DNA from: Hyperthermus butylicus DSM 5456
GTDB lineage: Archaea > Thermoproteota > Thermoprotei_A > Sulfolobales > Pyrodictiaceae
Assembly: GCF_000015145.1 (NCBI RefSeq)
Contig: NC_008818.1
Location: forward strand, 1,560,001-1,592,000
Reading direction: 5' to 3'
DNA length: 32,000 nucleotides
Shown here: positions 16,524-30,090 of the stretch, piece after piece
Layout: each line of letters starts with the position of its first letter
Position numbering within the stretch: the stretch's first letter is position 1
Translations under genes and position numbers: made by a program
The notes under the pieces: model-generated
Seen by the model: the letters and a program-made list of their open reading frames with translations, nothing else
The model's database searches: none
Told to the model about the DNA's origin: nothing

Positions 16524-17162
16524 TTGCTACATCATCCCGGTACAGGCCAGCTGAGAGCACTGAAGGGCACAACAACTGTTGGCATAGTATTCCGCGACTT
16601 TGTGGTACTCGCAGCAGACCGCAGGGCAACCGCAGGTTACTTCGTAGCACACAAGAGGACCAAGAAAATAATCAAGATAACAGACTACATGGCAATGACT
16701 ACTGCTGGTCTCGTAGCAGATGCGCAAATGCTGGCTGAATGGCTGGCAAACCACACACACTACTATGAGATAGTCAACAAGAGGAGGATGAGCATCCACG
16801 CAGCCGCCCAGTACCTATCAATAATACTACATTCTGCAAAGTTCTACCCATACATAGTACAGCTACTCCTTGGAGGCTACGATACACAGCCAAGACTATA
16901 CAACATAGACTGGTTCGGCAGTGTAACAGAGGAAAAGTACGTCGCTACGGGCTCCGGCTCGCCAACAGCTATAGGCGTCATAGAAGATCAGTACAGCCCT
17001 AACCTGAGTATGGAGGAGGCTGTAGAACTCGCAAAAAGAGCCGTAGCATCCTCCATAAGGCGCGACACCTTCACCGGCAACGGTGTGGACGTCGTAGTCA
17101 TAGGCAAGGACTTCTACCGCGAATACTCCTTCGAGCTAAAAGACATACTGAAAACCAAGTAG
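16524..17162 (+). CDS. psmB: Proteasome beta subunit (catalytically competent; propeptide then Thr1)
   Basis: ...LRALKG|TTTVGIVFRDFVVLAADRR...KKIIKI carries Thr1, Asp17 and Lys33. It has a TTG start, and no in-frame ATG lies before the TTTVG motif. Confidence 0.9.
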   Translation: MLHHPGTGQLRALKGTTTVGIVFRDFVVLAADRRATAGYFVAHKRTKKIIKITDYMAMTTAGLVADAQMLAEWLANHTHYYEIVNKRRMSIHAAAQYLSIILHSAKFYPYIVQLLLGGYDTQPRLYNIDWFGSVTEEKYVATGSGSPTAIGVIEDQYSPNLSMEEAVELAKRAVASSIRRDTFTGNGVDVVVIGKDFYREYSFELKDILKTK

Positions 17163-17178
17163 GACTAAACCTAGGTAG

Positions 17179-17220
17179 TATGGATATGGCATAAGTTTCT
17201 AGGATAAAGCCATAGCCATA
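17179..17220 (+). terminator. Imperfect 12-bp inverted repeat (11/12 paired, 18-nt loop) just after the psmB stop
   Basis: TATGGATATGGC (17179-17190) pairs with GCCATAGCCATA (17209-17220) with one A/G mismatch. It starts 17 nt after the psmB stop and is followed by TTTCT. The terminator role is inferred, not demonstrated. Confidence 0.3.
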
Positions 17221-17262
17221 TTTCTGGCCACATTTGCCGAAAACCTAATAACACCCCAAATG

Positions 17263-17276
17263 GCCGAGGCCTCGGC
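17263..17276. repeat. Perfect 14-nt GC-rich palindrome GCCGAGGCCTCGGC
   Basis: Read directly from the sequence, in the psmB-aCPSF1 spacer. Function unknown. Confidence 0.4.
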
Positions 17277-17370
17277 TGGAAGAAGCCCGAAGTCACTCCA
17301 CCTTTTCGCACAGCCCAAAATGGAGGTGTAGCATACACATTCAAGCAGATGCTGTGCCTCCAATAGGCAG

Positions 17371-17381
17371 TTTAAGCAAAA
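17371..17381 (+). promoter_or_regulatory. Putative TATA-like element for aCPSF1
   Basis: TTTAAGCAAAA lies ~50 nt upstream of TTG 17426. The SD-like AGGAGGTG at 17409-17416 is complementary to the usual archaeal 16S 3' end. Confidence 0.35.
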
Positions 17382-17425
17382 CACTTCACCCAACTTGCCT
17401 CAACGAGTAGGAGGTGTAACAGCCA

Positions 17426-19375
17426 TTGTATAAGCGTAATGAGTTGAAGAAGATAGCATTGACAATAATGGAGCAACTTACACCCAAGTACATACAAGTT
17501 TCGAGAATAGAGTTTGAAGGACCCGAAATAGCAATCTATGTCAGAAACCCGAAGGCGCTAGCAGAGCATCCCGAGGTTGCAAAGGAGATAGCTAAGAAGC
17601 TAAAGAAGAGGATAGTAATAAGGACAGATCCCTCTGTCCGGAGGAGCGAGAAGGAGACAATAGAGGTTATCAAGAACCTTGTTCCGCCCGAAGCCGGCAT
17701 AAAGGAGATAAAGTTTGATCACGTACTCGGTGAGGTCATAATTAAGGCTGAAAAGGTTGGTCTAGTATATGGCAAGGGCCAATCAATATATAATAAAGTA
17801 CTCGCCGAGACAGGCTGGCGCATGAACGTTGTAAGAATACCGCCAGTAGACCCTAAAGATTTAAGCACACTCAACAAAATCATAGATTACATGTTGTCCC
17901 AGAGTAGCTATCGTCTAGAGTTTCTCCGCAGCAGCGGCGAGAGAATACACCGTGGTGTAATCTTCGAAAACCGCTATGTAAGGATAACAGCTCTTGGTGG
18001 CTTCATGGAGGTGGGCCGCTCAGCAATACTCATAGAGACCAGCGAGAGCAAGATCCTCCTGGACGTTGGCATAAACCCGAGTGGCATCGGCTACAACCTA
18101 TACCCCCGTCTGGACATAGACCAACTCAACCTCGAGGAACTAGATGCCGTTGTGGTTACACACGCGCATCTAGACCACATAGGCCTCGTACCTTACCTGT
18201 TCAAGTATGGTTACCGGGGTCCTGTCTACGCGACAAAGCCCACCCGAGACCTAATGGTTCTACTACTCCTAGACCTTCTCGACATAATGCAGCGTAGCGG
18301 CCAGAAGCCGCCCTACACGCAACAAGAAGTTAAGAAGATGATACTACACACCATACCCCTCGACTACGGCGAGGTCACCGACATAGCTCCAGATATGAAG
18401 CTAACCTTCTACAATGCAGGCCACATACTAGGCTCAGCAATAGCACACATCCACATAGGCGAAGGCCTACACAACATAGTCTATACAGGCGACTTCAAGT
18501 TTGGCCGCACAAGACTCCTAGATAAAGCCCATACAGAGTTCCCGAGAGTCGAGACACTCATCATGGAGAGTACTTATGGCGACCGCGACCAGCCACGCAG
18601 GGATGAGGCAGAACTAGAACTCATAAGCGTTATAAGTAAAACCATAGCTCGTAGGGGCAAGGTGCTAATCCCAGTCATGGCTGTTGGAAGGGCACAAGAA
18701 ATACTCTTAGTGCTCGTTGATGCTCTTAGGAAGAAATTGTTACCACCAGAAACAAAGATCTACATTGACGGCAGCATAAAGGAGGTAACAGCTATCCACC
18801 TAACCTACCCAGAACTCCTCTCAGCACAAGTTAGGGCAAGGATACTGCGCGGCGAAAATCCGTTCGACCACGAGAACATAGTACGGGTGGAAGGTAGACA
18901 GATGAGGGAAGACATAGCAAAGAGCGACGAGCCTGGAGTAATACTGGCAACAGCAGGTATGCTGACTGGTGGCCCCTCGGTAGAGTACTTGCGCCTATTA
19001 GCACCAGATCCACGTAACGTACTGGTATTTGTTAGCTACCAGGCTAAGGGTACGCTGGGTAGGCGTATACTTGACGGCGAACGCGAAATAACAATGGTTG
19101 ACGAGGAGGGCAAGCCACAGCTCGTGAGAATACAGATGGAGGTAAAGTCTATAGATGGGTTCTCTGGCCACTCAGACCGCCGTCAGCTCCTAGCATTCCT
19201 GGCCAATATGAAGCCTAAGCCAAAGAACATAATACTGAACCATGGCGAACCTCAGTCAATCCACGCGCTTGCAGAGACTATTAGGCGTAGAGCCCGCCAT
19301 CTAGGTCTTCCCGAAGACATCAGAGTCTACACACCAACGATACTTGACACCCTCCATATTGCCGGTGTAGCCTAG
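17426..19375 (+). CDS. aCPSF1 (FttA-type) KH-domain / metallo-beta-lactamase / beta-CASP ribonuclease
   Basis: 649 aa with N-terminal KH repeats. The MBL motif is VVVTHAHLDHIG (HxHxDH), and the beta-CASP and C-terminal motifs are FSGHSD and LNHGEP. It has a TTG start with AGGAGGTG 9 nt upstream. Confidence 0.9.
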   Translation: MYKRNELKKIALTIMEQLTPKYIQVSRIEFEGPEIAIYVRNPKALAEHPEVAKEIAKKLKKRIVIRTDPSVRRSEKETIEVIKNLVPPEAGIKEIKFDHVLGEVIIKAEKVGLVYGKGQSIYNKVLAETGWRMNVVRIPPVDPKDLSTLNKIIDYMLSQSSYRLEFLRSSGERIHRGVIFENRYVRITALGGFMEVGRSAILIETSESKILLDVGINPSGIGYNLYPRLDIDQLNLEELDAVVVTHAHLDHIGLVPYLFKYGYRGPVYATKPTRDLMVLLLLDLLDIMQRSGQKPPYTQQEVKKMILHTIPLDYGEVTDIAPDMKLTFYNAGHILGSAIAHIHIGEGLHNIVYTGDFKFGRTRLLDKAHTEFPRVETLIMESTYGDRDQPRRDEAELELISVISKTIARRGKVLIPVMAVGRAQEILLVLVDALRKKLLPPETKIYIDGSIKEVTAIHLTYPELLSAQVRARILRGENPFDHENIVRVEGRQMREDIAKSDEPGVILATAGMLTGGPSVEYLRLLAPDPRNVLVFVSYQAKGTLGRRILDGEREITMVDEEGKPQLVRIQMEVKSIDGFSGHSDRRQLLAFLANMKPKPKNIILNHGEPQSIHALAETIRRRARHLGLPEDIRVYTPTILDTLHIAGVA

Positions 19376-19378
19376 TAC

Positions 19379-19870
19379 TCATAGCCTCTCAGCTATTTTC
19401 CAGTACCTGTCACCCACGTAGTGGAGCCTTCTCGAAACCCTGCCCTTCTCCATACCAGGAATATCCTTGCTAGAGATTAGAGCCTCATGTACAGCTAGGG
19501 GTAACCTACGGCTAGGCTCCACAATAACCACAATGTCGCCTGGCGAAAACTCCCCCACGACCTCGACAATACCCGGCCTCATGAGGTCTGCACCTCTAGA
19601 AATCGGCTTGACAGCACCCTCATCCACTACTATGTATGGGAGCCAGCTATAGCCGCGGCGCAGCAGGTATAGCAGGTGTGGCACAAACCTCTCACCAGCC
19701 TCTATGAATGCTGGGAGACTATCAACAATATACATCTCAACATCATCCTCTACGAGCTTCTCTATCCTAGCATCGCGTAGCTCGCCCACGCTTAGTCCTG
19801 GATAAGTCTCTGCAAGCTTCTCAAGTAGACGCTTCTTATCCCTCTTTGATAGCTGCCATCGCCTCAACAA
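19379..19870 (-). CDS. PUA-domain RNA-binding protein (COG2016, MCT-1/Tma20-like)
   Basis: A pre-PUA N-terminal domain is followed by the PUA motif VVDEGAVKPISRGADLMRPGIVEVVGEFSPGDIVVIV. It has a TTG start and is convergent with aCPSF1 across a 3-nt gap. Confidence 0.7.
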   Translation of the reverse strand: MLRRWQLSKRDKKRLLEKLAETYPGLSVGELRDARIEKLVEDDVEMYIVDSLPAFIEAGERFVPHLLYLLRRGYSWLPYIVVDEGAVKPISRGADLMRPGIVEVVGEFSPGDIVVIVEPSRRLPLAVHEALISSKDIPGMEKGRVSRRLHYVGDRYWKIAERL

Positions 19871-19904
19871 CCATCAACCCGGTATGAGGGGCTAGGAGAA
19901 TCTC

Positions 19905-19912
19905 CTATAAAG
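19905..19912 (+). promoter_or_regulatory. Putative TATA box for the Sm / L37e transcription unit
   Basis: CTATAAAG lies 35 nt upstream of ATG 19947, in the divergent spacer shared with the PUA gene. Confidence 0.4.
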
Positions 19913-19946
19913 CCCCTGGGGGATAGGGCCTCGCGGGGTGCGCGGA

Positions 19947-20180
19947 ATGGCTGAGACAACACACCGTATACTCGGCGACAGTATTGGGAGTATAGTCCTC
20001 GTAAAGCTCAAGGGTGCAAACGAAGTTCGCGGAAGACTGAAGAGCTACGATCAGCACCTTAACCTGGTCCTCGAGGATGCCGAAGAGATATACGAGGATG
20101 GCCGCACAAGAAAGCTCGGCACAATAGTTATTCGCGGCGACACAGTGCTCCTCATATCGCCAGCACAAATCCAGAGCTAA
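19947..20180 (+). CDS. Sm-like archaeal protein (LSm/SmAP)
   Basis: Sm1 is [31 protein letters not shown] and Sm2 is [14 protein letters not shown] chose ATG 19947, which lies 35 nt after the CTATAAAG element. The ORF track starts at GTG 19938. Confidence 0.85.
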   Translation: MAETTHRILGDSIGSIVLVKLKGANEVRGRLKSYDQHLNLVLEDAEEIYEDGRTRKLGTIVIRGDTVLLISPAQIQS

Positions 20181-20237
20181 GTAGAGCACAAGAGATATAC
20201 GCTAACAAGCACACCGGGCTGGAGGGGGGAATACTCC

Positions 20238-20426
20238 TTGGGTAAGGGTACACCATCCTTCGGCAAGATGAACAAAAACTATACCCATATACGTTGCCCG
20301 CGTTGCGGCCGCCACGCATACAATGTTGCCAAGGGCTATTGTGCTGCATGCGGCTATGGTAGGAGTAGGAGGCTACGCCGCTACTCCTGGATGAACAAGA
20401 AGGTAAACCGTATACGCATAAGGTAG
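20238..20426 (+). CDS. rpl37e: 50S ribosomal protein L37e (eL37)
   Basis: [40 protein letters not shown] carries the C4 zinc ribbon. It has a TTG start with GGAGGGGGG upstream. Confidence 0.9.
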
Positions 20427-20472
20427 CCCTCCCTTATACACTGACACCGTACTTATTTAGGGGGCTCAGTAC

Positions 20473-20724
20473 ATGGCCCGGCAGAAGAAGAAGTTCAACA
20501 TTCTAGAGCATGAACTCGTACCCAAGCACGAGGTTGTACCACCAGAGGAGGCAGCACGCATTATCCGAGAGCTTGGCGTACGTCCAGAGCAGCTCCCCTG
20601 GCTACGGGCTACAGACCCCGTAGCCAGGGCTATCGGTGCAAAGCCTGGGGACATTGTCCGCATTTACCGTAAAAGCCCGACAGCGGGTGAGGTAGTAGTC
20701 TACCGCTACGTTGTCGGCTACTAG
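20473..20724 (+). CDS. rpoH: DNA-directed RNA polymerase subunit H (Rpo5)
   Basis: [71 protein letters not shown] is the RpoH/RPB5 C-terminal domain signature. Confidence 0.9.
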
Positions 20725-20745
20725 GAATGAGGGGGTGAGGAAGGG

Positions 20746-23700
20746 TTGAGCCAGCAACAGTTTCCAACAATGGACGACCGCTGGCTTGTAATGAAGGCGT
20801 TTATAGAAGAGTATGGTCTGGTTAAGCAACATATAGATTCCTATAACAGATTCATAGAGAAGGAGCTGAAGGAAATAGTTAAGGAGTTCGGCACCATTTC
20901 AACGCCAAGGAGAGAGTACGAGGTAAGAATAGTTGATGTAGAGCTTGGTGAGCCTATAGTCATAGAGAGCGATGGTAGCGAGCACCCGGTAACACCCATG
21001 GAGTGCAGGATTAGGGATCTCACCTATGCTGCGCCGATAAAGGCTAAGGTAGTAATAGTAGAGAACGGCATCGAGCGCGAGGCTGAAGAAATTATCCTCG
21101 GTTTCCTACCCGTAATGCTTCGCTCAAAGGCTGACCCACTGGCCCGCTGCATGTACGAAGGCAAATCCTGGAAGGAGTGCGAGCAGAAGCTCATAGAGGC
21201 TGGCGAGGATCCGCGCGACCCCGGCGGCTACTTCATCATCAATGGATCGGAACGTGTGATAGTGATACAGGAGGATCAGGCTCTCAACAGGATACTCGTG
21301 GGCAAGGCTAGAGCTGGCACAGCGAGCGCCCTCTACACGGCCAAGGTCATATCAGCTCATGCTGGCGTACGATACCAAGTTATACTAGACTACCATAAGG
21401 ATGGAACTCTACATGTTTCGATGAGTAGAGCTCTCAGTAAGATACCCTTCGTAATACTGATGCGGGCTCTCGGCCTAGAAAGCGACCGTGATATCGTTCT
21501 CGCTGTTAGCCCTGACCCGCAGATACAGCAAATGCTAATACCATCCCTGGAGCAAGCTAGGGCCATAAACACTGTTGAGGACGCTCTGGACTACGTGGGT
21601 AGCAGGTTCCGCGAAGGCCTCGCCAAGCCACGTGAGCAGCGTATCCGTGTTGCAGAGAGGATACTAGACACAATACTATTCCCACACATCGGCACAAGCC
21701 CGAAGGATAGGATTAGGAAAGCCCTATTCCTCGGACAGATGGCGGCCAAACTGTTAGAGTACGTTGCTGGCCGCAGAAAGGAGGACGACAAGGACCATTA
21801 TGCAAACAAGCGTGTACTACTGGCAGGCGACCTCATAGCAATGGTGTTTAGAATCGCGATGAGGGCACTAGCCTACGACATAAGACAGCAGCTAGAGAAG
21901 CTACGCGCAAGAGGCCGTCACATAAGTCTCCGGATGATCATACGTTCAGACATAATTACAAACAGGCTACGCGAAGCACTAGCCACCGGCAACTGGCCAG
22001 GGCAGAGGACCGGTGTAAGCCAGATACTCGACCGTACCAACTGGCTATCAATGCTCAGCCACCTACGTAGAGTAGTCTCCCAGCTCAGCAGGACACAGCC
22101 ACACTTCGAGGCACGCGACGTGCACGGCACACAGTGGGGCCGGATATGCCCATTCGAGACACCCGAAGGCCCCAACTGTGGCCTAGTAAAGAACCTTGCT
22201 CTCATGGCTTATGTGTCCGCCGGAGTCGACGACAAGGATGTTGAGAAGCTCCTCTACAGCATGGGCGTCAGGGATGCCGTGGAACTCTTCGAGGAGGTAC
22301 GCAAACAAGGATACTACCCGCCAGAATACATCAAGTGGAGCAAGGTGTTCCTCAACGGCAGACTGATAGGCTACCACCCAGACGGGGAGAAGCTTGCAGA
22401 GGAGCTTAGGAAGCTGAGAAGGAGCGGCAAGCTACACTACGAGGTTAGTGTCTCCGTCTACAGAACTGAAACCATCAACGAGGTCTACATAAACACCGAT
22501 CCAGGCAGGATAATGAGGCCGGTATTCGTAGTCGAGAGCGGCAAGCTCCTCTACAGACCAGAGCACGCAGAAAAGCTCAGGAAGGGAGAGTGGAGGTTTA
22601 GCGACCTGGTGCGCAACGGTATCGTAGAGTTCCTCGACGCCGAGGAGGAGGAGAACACCTACATAGCCCTTAACCCTGAAGACTTAACGCCAGAGCATAC
22701 CCACATGGAGATATGGCCCGCGGGTATCTTCGGCGTAACAGCGAGTACAATACCCTACGCTGAGCATAACCAGTCGCCACGCAACACCTACCAGGCTGCA
22801 ATGGCTAAGCAGGCCCTTGGCCTCTACGCTGCAAACTTCCAGATACGTGTTGATACGCGCTCACACCTACTACACTACCCCGAGAAGCCGCTAGTGCAGA
22901 CTAGGGCACTCGAGCTAATGGGCTACAACGATCGGCCTGCCGGTCAGAACATGGTTGTCGCTGTAATGTCGTTTACCGGCTACAATATCGAGGACGCAGT
23001 AATAATGAATAAGTCTTCGATAGATCGCGGCCTCGCACGCTCAACGTTCTTCAGGCTATACGCCACGGAGGAGAGGAGGTATCCTGGCGGCTTAAGCGAC
23101 AAGATCGAGATACCGGAGGCAAACGTTGAGGGCTCTAAGCCGCCGGAAATGTACAAGAAGCTCGACGCTGATGGCATTATAAGCCCAGAGGTCGAGGTTA
23201 AGGGCGGCGAGGTGCTGATAGGCAAGACGAGCCCACCGAGATTCATGGAGGAGTACCGCGAGTTCGGCACTGTGACCGTGAGAAAGAGAGATACTTCAGT
23301 AACGATGAGGCACGGCGAGAAGGGTGTAGTAGATACTGTCATAATAACGGAGAATATTGAGGGCTATAAACTGGTAAAGGTTAGGGTGAGGGACCAGCGC
23401 ATCCCAGAGCTAGGTGACAAGTTCGCCTCGAGACACGGGCAGAAGGGCGTAATCGGCATGCTAATACCACAGTACGACATGCCATTCACGGAGGACGGTA
23501 TAACACCAGACCTAATAATCAACCCACATGCATTCCCATCTCGTATGACCCTTGGCCAACTATTCGAGACTATAGCGGGCAAATACGCCGCCATTTACGC
23601 GAGATTCGTTGACGGCACTCCATTCGCCAAGGAGTCGATCGAAAACCTCCGCATAGAGCTGCTGAAAACAGGCTATGCGCCCGACGGCACCGAGATAATG

Positions 23701-24162
23701 TATGACGGACGTACAGGCGAGATGATAAGGACACCTATACTGATAGGCCTTGTGTACTACCAGAAGCTGCACCACATGGTTGCAGACAAGATACATGCAA
23801 GGGCACGCGGCCCAGTCCAGGTGTTGACGAGACAGCCCACTGAGGGTCGTGCAAGAGAGGGAGGTCTACGCTTTGGCGAGATGGAGCGCGACTGCCTCGT
23901 AGGCCATGGCGCAGCTATGCTGCTAAGGGAGCGTATGCTGGAGAGCAGCGACCGCTACGTGCTATACGTGTGCGAACTGTGTGGCCACATAGCATGGTTT
24001 GACCGCAACAAACGCGGATACATATGCCCAGTTCACGGCGATAAGGGCAAGATAGCGGCTGTGATCGTACCCTACGCGTTCAAGCTGCTACTTCAGGAGC
24101 TTATGAGCATGTGTATCATGCCCAGGCTCAAACTCGCATCAAAGCACGAGTGGAAGCCGTGA
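20746..24162 (+). CDS. rpoB: DNA-directed RNA polymerase subunit B (Rpo2), unsplit
   Basis: 1138 aa. Conserved blocks include GYFIINGSERVIV, FASRHGQKGV, the YQKLHHMVADKIHARARGP..LTRQPTEGRAREGGLRFGEMERDCL run, and a C-terminal zinc motif CELCG...CPVHG. It has a TTG start with GGGGGTGAGG upstream. Confidence 0.95.
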   Translation: MSQQQFPTMDDRWLVMKAFIEEYGLVKQHIDSYNRFIEKELKEIVKEFGTISTPRREYEVRIVDVELGEPIVIESDGSEHPVTPMECRIRDLTYAAPIKAKVVIVENGIEREAEEIILGFLPVMLRSKADPLARCMYEGKSWKECEQKLIEAGEDPRDPGGYFIINGSERVIVIQEDQALNRILVGKARAGTASALYTAKVISAHAGVRYQVILDYHKDGTLHVSMSRALSKIPFVILMRALGLESDRDIVLAVSPDPQIQQMLIPSLEQARAINTVEDALDYVGSRFREGLAKPREQRIRVAERILDTILFPHIGTSPKDRIRKALFLGQMAAKLLEYVAGRRKEDDKDHYANKRVLLAGDLIAMVFRIAMRALAYDIRQQLEKLRARGRHISLRMIIRSDIITNRLREALATGNWPGQRTGVSQILDRTNWLSMLSHLRRVVSQLSRTQPHFEARDVHGTQWGRICPFETPEGPNCGLVKNLALMAYVSAGVDDKDVEKLLYSMGVRDAVELFEEVRKQGYYPPEYIKWSKVFLNGRLIGYHPDGEKLAEELRKLRRSGKLHYEVSVSVYRTETINEVYINTDPGRIMRPVFVVESGKLLYRPEHAEKLRKGEWRFSDLVRNGIVEFLDAEEEENTYIALNPEDLTPEHTHMEIWPAGIFGVTASTIPYAEHNQSPRNTYQAAMAKQALGLYAANFQIRVDTRSHLLHYPEKPLVQTRALELMGYNDRPAGQNMVVAVMSFTGYNIEDAVIMNKSSIDRGLARSTFFRLYATEERRYPGGLSDKIEIPEANVEGSKPPEMYKKLDADGIISPEVEVKGGEVLIGKTSPPRFMEEYREFGTVTVRKRDTSVTMRHGEKGVVDTVIITENIEGYKLVKVRVRDQRIPELGDKFASRHGQKGVIGMLIPQYDMPFTEDGITPDLIINPHAFPSRMTLGQLFETIAGKYAAIYARFVDGTPFAKESIENLRIELLKTGYAPDGTEIMYDGRTGEMIRTPILIGLVYYQKLHHMVADKIHARARGPVQVLTRQPTEGRAREGGLRFGEMERDCLVGHGAAMLLRERMLESSDRYVLYVCELCGHIAWFDRNKRGYICPVHGDKGKIAAVIVPYAFKLLLQELMSMCIMPRLKLASKHEWKP

Positions 24163-24187
24163 ACAACCCCTCTCAAGGTGAGAGATC

Positions 24188-28112
<3,925 letters not shown>

Positions 28113-28118
28113 GCCGTT

Positions 28119-28457
28119 ATGAGTCAGGTTCAGGTTACGGATATCGAAAAGGAGCTTGTCAACGCCCTCAAAACAGGCAAGGTCATACTCGGCTCCCGGA
28201 AAACGCTCAAGTACGTAAAACTTGGCAAGGCTAAGGCAGTAATTGTTGCTGCTAACGCCCCGCCAGAGATACGCAACGACATCCTATACTACGCTAAGCT
28301 AAGTGGAATCCCAGTCTACGTCTACCCGGGTACAAGTGTTGAGCTTGGCTCTGTTTGTGGTAAACCATTTACAGTTGCAAGCCTCGCAATACTCGACCCA
28401 GGAAACTCTCGTATACTCGACCTCATAGAAGCCGCATCACAGACAAGTAGCGGGTGA
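28119..28457 (+). CDS. rpl30e: 50S ribosomal protein L30e (eL30)
   Basis: [68 protein letters not shown] is the L30e/L7Ae fold signature. Confidence 0.9.
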   Translation: MSQVQVTDIEKELVNALKTGKVILGSRKTLKYVKLGKAKAVIVAANAPPEIRNDILYYAKLSGIPVYVYPGTSVELGSVCGKPFTVASLAILDPGNSRILDLIEAASQTSSG

Positions 28458-28475
28458 AGGGGGAGAGGCTGAGCC

Positions 28476-28907
28476 TTGGCGAATATCAAGCTAACAGTTG
28501 AAGAAATGAAGTACATGGCACTACTTCAGGATCTAACCGGCGCAGTAGCCAGGGACTGCATCATAGATAACGAGAACAATCGCATAATCTTCATAGTGAG
28601 GCCGGGCGATGCTGGCAAGGCCATAGGACGCCGCGGAGCAAACATAAACAAGTTGAGGAGGCTGCTCGGCAAGGAGATTGAGGTTATAGAGCACGCAGAC
28701 GACCTTGAAGCTATGGTTAAGAATATCTTTGCTCCTGCACGTGTCCTCGGGATAAGGCTTGCACAGCGGAATGGCAGGAAGATACTATACGTCACCGTAG
28801 ACCCCAACGATAAGGGCAGAGCTATCGGTAAGGGCGGCAGAAAGGTCAACATTGCGAGGCTTGTGCTCAAGCGCTACTTCGACATAGATGACATAAAGAT
28901 AAGGTAA
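28476..28907 (+). CDS. nusA: Archaeal NusA-like protein (two KH domains)
   Basis: It has two KH GxxG motifs (GKAIGRRGANINKL and GRAIGKGGRKVNIA) and the canonical position between L30e and S12. It has a TTG start. Confidence 0.85.
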   Translation: MANIKLTVEEMKYMALLQDLTGAVARDCIIDNENNRIIFIVRPGDAGKAIGRRGANINKLRRLLGKEIEVIEHADDLEAMVKNIFAPARVLGIRLAQRNGRKILYVTVDPNDKGRAIGKGGRKVNIARLVLKRYFDIDDIKIR

Positions 28908-28962
28908 GCTTGAAAAGGGCTAGGCTGGAGCCCCAGCGATAATATGTGGAGGCCGGTACGCC

Positions 28963-29406
28963 GTGACGGGTAAGAAATCGCCTAACGGCCTATTCGCGGC
29001 GAGAAAGCTTAGGAGGAAGAGGTTAAAGTTCCGCTGGAGCGAGCGCGAGTTCAAGATAAGAATGCTCGGCCTAAAGAAGAAGTATGATCCACTCGAAGGG
29101 GCACCCATGGCTAGAGGCATAGTACTAGAGAAGGTTGGCGTTGAAGCACGTCAGCCAAACTCCGCCGTACGTAAGTGTGTACGTGTACAGCTAATCAAGA
29201 ATGGCCGCATAGTCACAGCATTTGTTCCGGGCGACGGTGGCCTACTAGTAGTTGACGAGCATGACGAAGTGTTAATTGAGGGTATTGGTGGTCCACGCGG
29301 CCGCTCAATGGGTGACATACCTGGCGTACGCTATAGGGTTGTAACCGTTAACGGTGTATCGCTAAGAGCTATCCTTGAGGGGAGAAAGCAAAAACCACAG
29401 CGCTAG
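28963..29406 (+). CDS. rps12: 30S ribosomal protein S12 (uS12)
   Basis: [43 protein letters not shown] is the S12 signature. It has a GTG start with GTGGAGG upstream. Confidence 0.95.
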   Translation: MTGKKSPNGLFAARKLRRKRLKFRWSEREFKIRMLGLKKKYDPLEGAPMARGIVLEKVGVEARQPNSAVRKCVRVQLIKNGRIVTAFVPGDGGLLVVDEHDEVLIEGIGGPRGRSMGDIPGVRYRVVTVNGVSLRAILEGRKQKPQR

Positions 29407-29473
29407 CCGTCAAACTAAAACATTAGGGACTATTTCCAGATACACCGGTTTAGGAGTCATCGTGTAGCTTGCG

Positions 29474-29965
29474 TTACTCTTGCTGCTCCTCGCTCTCCTC
29501 ACGCATCATCCTCTCGTACTCCTCCTGCTCATCCACGAGCCTCTTAGACACGTATATCGGCTTGTTGAATAGTAGAGCTAGGAACACAGCATGGCTGGGA
29601 ACCATCCGGCGCATCATGTATATACCTTCCTGGAGTATGAAGCTTACCTTGGCAGTGTAGAGCGCCGTGGCATAGTCTATCTCGTCTATAACCACGTACT
29701 CGAGACGCTTGCCGAGCTCGCTCACTAGCTCACGGAGATCTACAAGTAGCTCGAAGACTGTTTCGCGCTCACCAGGAGTCGTAAGCTCCTCGTGCTGCAG
29801 CTTGTTTATAGCCTGCACAATCTCGAAGGGCACATTGTAGAGTGTAAACTCGCGACCATCCTCGAGCTCAAGAACTATCACAGGTATATGCGGAGGGCTG
29901 GGCATTATCATCGCATTTATACTGCGAGCTTGTAAGAGGACATCACTGCCCCGTGGAGGAGGCAT
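29474..29965 (-). CDS. Divergent DUF151 / bifunctional-nuclease (BFN)-like domain protein with an acidic C-terminal tail
   Basis: By-eye alignment to the DUF151 pattern (e.g. Thermotoga TM0160). PVIVLELEDGREFTLYNVPFEIVQAI aligns with PVVILGIEGTNRVLPIWIGACEGHAL. YTAKVSF...MRRMVPSHAVFLALLFNKPIYVSKRLVDE aligns with YATLVI...IDSRPSDAIILAVKTGAPIFVSDNLVEK. The RPLTHD motif is not conserved (ERETVFE). Alternative starts lie at ATG 29911 and 29905. Confidence 0.5.
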   Translation of the reverse strand: MPPPRGSDVLLQARSINAMIMPSPPHIPVIVLELEDGREFTLYNVPFEIVQAINKLQHEELTTPGERETVFELLVDLRELVSELGKRLEYVVIDEIDYATALYTAKVSFILQEGIYMMRRMVPSHAVFLALLFNKPIYVSKRLVDEQEEYERMMREESEEQQE

Positions 29966-30057
29966 AGGCTCTTCCCCGTAGCTCTCCCTGTCACGGACTA
30001 GGATTCAGCCACGCATACCCGTATCTACCTATCGGAGGCCTCAGAGCCCGTTAGAGT

Positions 30058-30090
30058 GGAGCCTTAATTACCCGGTGCTGTAAAGGCTCC
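30058..30090 (+). promoter_or_regulatory. 8-bp perfect inverted repeat (GGAGCCTT ... AAGGCTCC, 17-nt loop) 19 nt upstream of the S7 start
   Basis: Read directly from the sequence. The loop contains TTAATTA, a possible TATA-like element. The repeat is either a leader hairpin or a DNA operator. Confidence 0.35.

Noticed and set aside
17199-17393. A 64-aa Cys-containing minus-strand ORF in the psmB-aCPSF1 spacer.
   Set aside because: It has a TTG start with no SD-like motif or TATA element, and no zinc-ribbon-type CxxC pairing pattern. It reads through the palindromes, so the region is more simply explained as non-coding regulatory sequence.
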